A stretch of DNA of 8,415 bases from Selaginella moellendorffii (taxonomy: Eukaryota > Plantae > Lycopodiophyta): positions 1-8,415 of the forward strand of contig NW_003314631.1 in the NCBI RefSeq assembly GCF_000143415.4, given 5' to 3'. The first letter of the stretch is position 1, and every line of letters begins with the position of its first letter. The translations under genes were made by a program, and so were the position numbers. Shown piece by piece: positions 5,505-8,415 of the stretch. The notes beneath the pieces were generated by a model that saw only the letters and a list, made by a program, of their open reading frames with translations, had not been told where the DNA came from and ran no database searches.

Positions 5505-8415
5505 TCACGCCTCCTCTGATTCAGATTCGGATTGTTCACCTTGAAATAAAATACATTAGAAACTTAGTAAAGGAATATTCATGAATCTCACCTTGAACCC
5601 GGGTTATGAATGCTCTTGCTGCATCTCTTGCATGGTCTGGCAAGGTGATGGTGGCACTCTGCTTCCGCATCCAACCATGCACAACATTATCCACCGATAT
5701 GCTCATGCTGGGATCCCTTGGATTCAGCACCCATCTCTTTTCTAGGCAATCGTTCGTATATCCGGAACTTGGCTTGAACCACTCCACAGTTACATTGAAG
5801 GAGTTAGTTTCCGCGTCCTCCTCTGCATCAGTGATGCAGCGCCCCACCCATATCATTTGTTTTTTATTACTGGGTCTGACAAGCACGACCATTCCTTTGC
5901 AGACCTGTACTGGATTGAATGCTGAATCCGGCTTCTTGTTCCTCGGCCCACAATAGTGATCCTCAACATCGTTATCTGTCACTGCATTTCCAGAGGACAT
6001 TGTTCCGCTACTATCTGGTGCTCTAGGTTCTGGCCAAAAGGACTCTTCCAATTCTTCATATACAACCGGCCCATTTTGGATAGCAGATATAATCTTCTCC
6101 CAGTATTCGAGCAAAGGCTTGCACCTCTGAAAATAGGATTCTCCACCAAACACCAACCCCCTCTTCCAGAAGGCAATATGCTGTCTAATCCCGGCCACTA
6201 TACTTTCCTGGTCTTTGAGTCCATCCGGGTGCATCGGCCGTGGGGAACCCTGAGGAATCATAGGTTCCCCAGTTATGGGATCTCTCTTGAAGAGTTCAAT
6301 GCCGTCCACTGGCAGCCACACTGTGTCCCATTCTCTCATCTTGTACCTCATCACTGGAGCACCGTCACACATGCTGAAATGAAACTGAAGAGGCTTGGAG
6401 TGGCCAATCAGCGTTTCGGATTCGTCCCTGATGTAGCCTCTTACAAACCCCTTAAAGTCTGGAACCTCTGTCAGAAGTGCAGCTTCAACAGTGCCTTTGA
6501 TGCAATTTTGGAATTCATCGTAGAGTTGTGGGAGGGTGAGGACATTGGATCGTCGGAGGGACTCTGCCAGGTGACTGAACATGGCATCGACGTCTTCATG
6601 AGTGTGCCCAACCATGAGAAAGCCAAGTGTAACCGTTTCAAATATGCCTTTGGCAACAAGCATCGCCAAGTACGCGAAGACGTACATGTTTTTGTTCTCA
6701 CTGCCAGCATTGTCTGTTTGGAGCAGAAGATGGGGTGGAAGGCCACATCGGCCGCAAGAACTTCCTTGAGATTCTGCTTCGTTTGGATGAGGCTGTGCAT
6801 TCACCGGGCAACCAGCCTCGTCGGAATGGCATGAGGCCTCACGTGATAACCCTACAATCTGACGGCCAACATATTCACTGGGATGGCATGGGGCCCCACG
6901 CGATATTGCAAGCCTTTGCTCCTCCTCCAGCTGAACCCTGTATGGGGTTCGATCGACAAGGGCCTTATGCAAGGGTTGGCCGTTCAGCTCAGTCTGCGCA
7001 CTTTGCAGAGACCTTAAGTGTTTTGCTAGGGACGCAATCATCATGTTTGCACCCCCGCCACCCCATAGAGGTACAAAGAAGTTCCCATAGTTCTGGGCAC
7101 CATGCCCATGAGCGATTATGCCAAACAGAGACACAGACAGCTGCATGGATGTAGAGATTGCCTTGGGGGCAGGATTGAGTCGAGGTAAGCACGTCTTTTT
7201 CTGGTCCATTTTGTCGTGGATGATGCAGAGGTAAGAGTCAGGTCTCTCCATGGAGAGAATCCTGTTATGATAATATGCAGTCCTGCAGCTTCTCTGCTCG
7301 ATGTTGTGGTCGAGCCGCCTTCTAACCAACGTCTCTCGCTCTTGAGCGCTGCAAGAATTCTTCGACAAAGCCATTTTGATAGCAGTGCACTCGTCACACT
7401 TTGAAAAGCTGGAGTACTTTCCTATACTCACATCCCTGAACCTGTTGCTCCACAATCTACTAAATCTAGATTGGCTCAGCTTCCTGTAGCCATTACTCTG
7501 GAGTTCCCGATTCACATCTTCCAATATGGCCCCCTTGGTATACATGGAAGGGAGAACTCGTTGGGTGTCTCGTGTTCCATCTTCCAAGAGGCGGGTTTTA
7601 TGTGGTTGCTGCTCGCTACATGTCTCGACAAACCTCTTGAAGATTGCCTCTCCATATACAACATGACCCCTGGTTTTGTGCGTACCGTTGTTCCCATGGA
7701 CTGCCTGTTGAACCCTTTGTTCCTCGAACTCAGTTTTGATTCTGTAGAATGTGGTTCAAGGGACTCCATAAATGATTCTTCATGCCTTCATGCAGACCAA
7801 ACCCCTCTGGAAGACCATGCCCCCCACCTGATGTTCTGAAGCATCAACAGATGACCGTAATGCCTCATACACAAAATTGCGAGCTGCCTTCCAGGACAAT
7901 GTCTTGTATCTTGCTCTCTCCTCTTCAATAGCATCCCAATCAGCATGTTGACAGCACCTCCTCTTGCAACAAGCAACTGTCGAGACCATTCGAACCTCCA
8001 TCGCCATTTTCTGCCTTTTCGGTTTGTTGCTCAGATCCCTTTGGCTGCGCTTTAGGAAGGTGTACTTTCTTTTCCCATGAAGAGATGTTCTGTCATCAGT
8101 TGTAGTGGTGTTTGATTGTGAATCCTTCACATTCTCAAACACTAAGTGCCTCAATTTCCACCGCACAATGCTTCCAATAGTCAGACTGTTTTCTTCTGTG
8201 TCAACAACCTCTAAAATCGCAACTCCAATATCATCCCAGCCCAATTCTTGATTAGCAACCACATCTCTTGGATCGACAACTGTGGCTAAGCCCTCAGCTA
8301 CCACCTCCCCCTCGGGGTTGTTTAGAAACACCTTTGCCTGAATCCATGTAGCACGGTTCTTAAGATCCACGGAGGGAACATGCGTCGCACTTGCGCTGCC
8401 CCAACATCTGCTTCT
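5505..8415 (-). pseudogene. Sola1-like/DUF7869 DDD transposase, 5'-incomplete, two nonsense codons, terminal intron
   Basis: ORFs 7780-8370 and 5536-7587 are in one frame that is open to the window edge. TGA at 7782-7780 (VCMKA*RIIYGV, W expected) and 7758-7756. Motifs: CCKRRCC, HGNNG, FSKCDEC, IIHDKMDQ (D 7215-7213), LQTDNAGSENKN (D 6714-6712), FLMVGHTHEDVDAMFS (D 6588-6586). The predicted last exon 5539-5505 encodes GEQSESESEEA*. Confidence 0.82.
5540..5591 (-). other. Predicted 52-nt intron at the transposase 3' end
   Basis: CAAG|GTGAGA donor, AT-rich body, CTAAT branch site at 5559-5555, TTTCAAG|GT acceptor. Splicing replaces an AT-rich tail with an acidic C-terminus. Confidence 0.65.

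Larger units (their letters stand above)
4136..5544. repeat. Three-copy module TCAAGGTGAACAAKCCGAATMTGAA...GATGGCAT-N8-ACRCYATT; one copy on +, two on -
   Basis: The 25-bp core lies at 4136-4160 (+), 5416-5392 (-) and 5544-5520 (-); each minus copy has one mismatch to the plus copy. 4136-4198 aligns ungapped to 5544-5482 at 47/63. Confidence 0.9.
3951..8415 (-). mobile_element. Sola1-like (DUF7869-type) DNA transposon; one end near 3951-3960, the other outside the window
   Basis: Transposase motifs (see next feature), abrupt end of Gypsy RT homology at ~3950-3960, and a repeat-rich subterminal region. TIR and TSD cannot be confirmed without the other end. The superfamily call comes from remembered motifs, not a search. 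Confidence 0.65.

Noticed and set aside
5956-6834. 292-aa plus-strand ORF (and 5606-5956, 6735-7154, 7216-7404, 7471-7839)
   Set aside because: Antisense shadows of the transposase frame with no recognisable motifs.
7756-7782. Two TGA codons as programmed readthrough, selenocysteine or editing sites, or a genuine two-gene arrangement
   Set aside because: Each is one transition from W or R inside a continuous motif (VC..AW..YG); decay is the simpler explanation.

Overview
Eukaryotic, plant-like window. Several 49-66 nt GT-AG introns suggest a compact-intron genome such as a lycophyte, which is an inference only. It has three blocks. (1) 1-~1500: probable exons and short introns of an unidentified minus-strand host gene, then an (AG)12 microsatellite and a 43-bp tandem duplication. 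(2) 1731-~3955 (+): the 5' half of a decayed Ty3/Gypsy LTR retrotransposon, with a 175-bp LTR, tRNA-Ala-type PBS, gag, protease and the start of RT. Gag and pol are joined by an intact-looking -1 frameshift cassette (G GGA AAC plus an H-type pseudoknot). (3) ~3951-8415 (-): a Sola1-like (DUF7869-type, DDD) DNA transposon that interrupts RT. Its transposase is one reading frame of about 950+ codons broken by two nonsense codons. It has a TNP1/En-Spm-like N-terminal module, a BAH/Tudor-like C-terminal module and a spliced last exon. Its 1.6-kb 3' region holds a small acidic ORF, three copies of the last-exon module (one inverted) and a family of 20-bp dyad sites (TRGCRT-N8-AYGCYA) that also recurs inside the transposase coding sequence.
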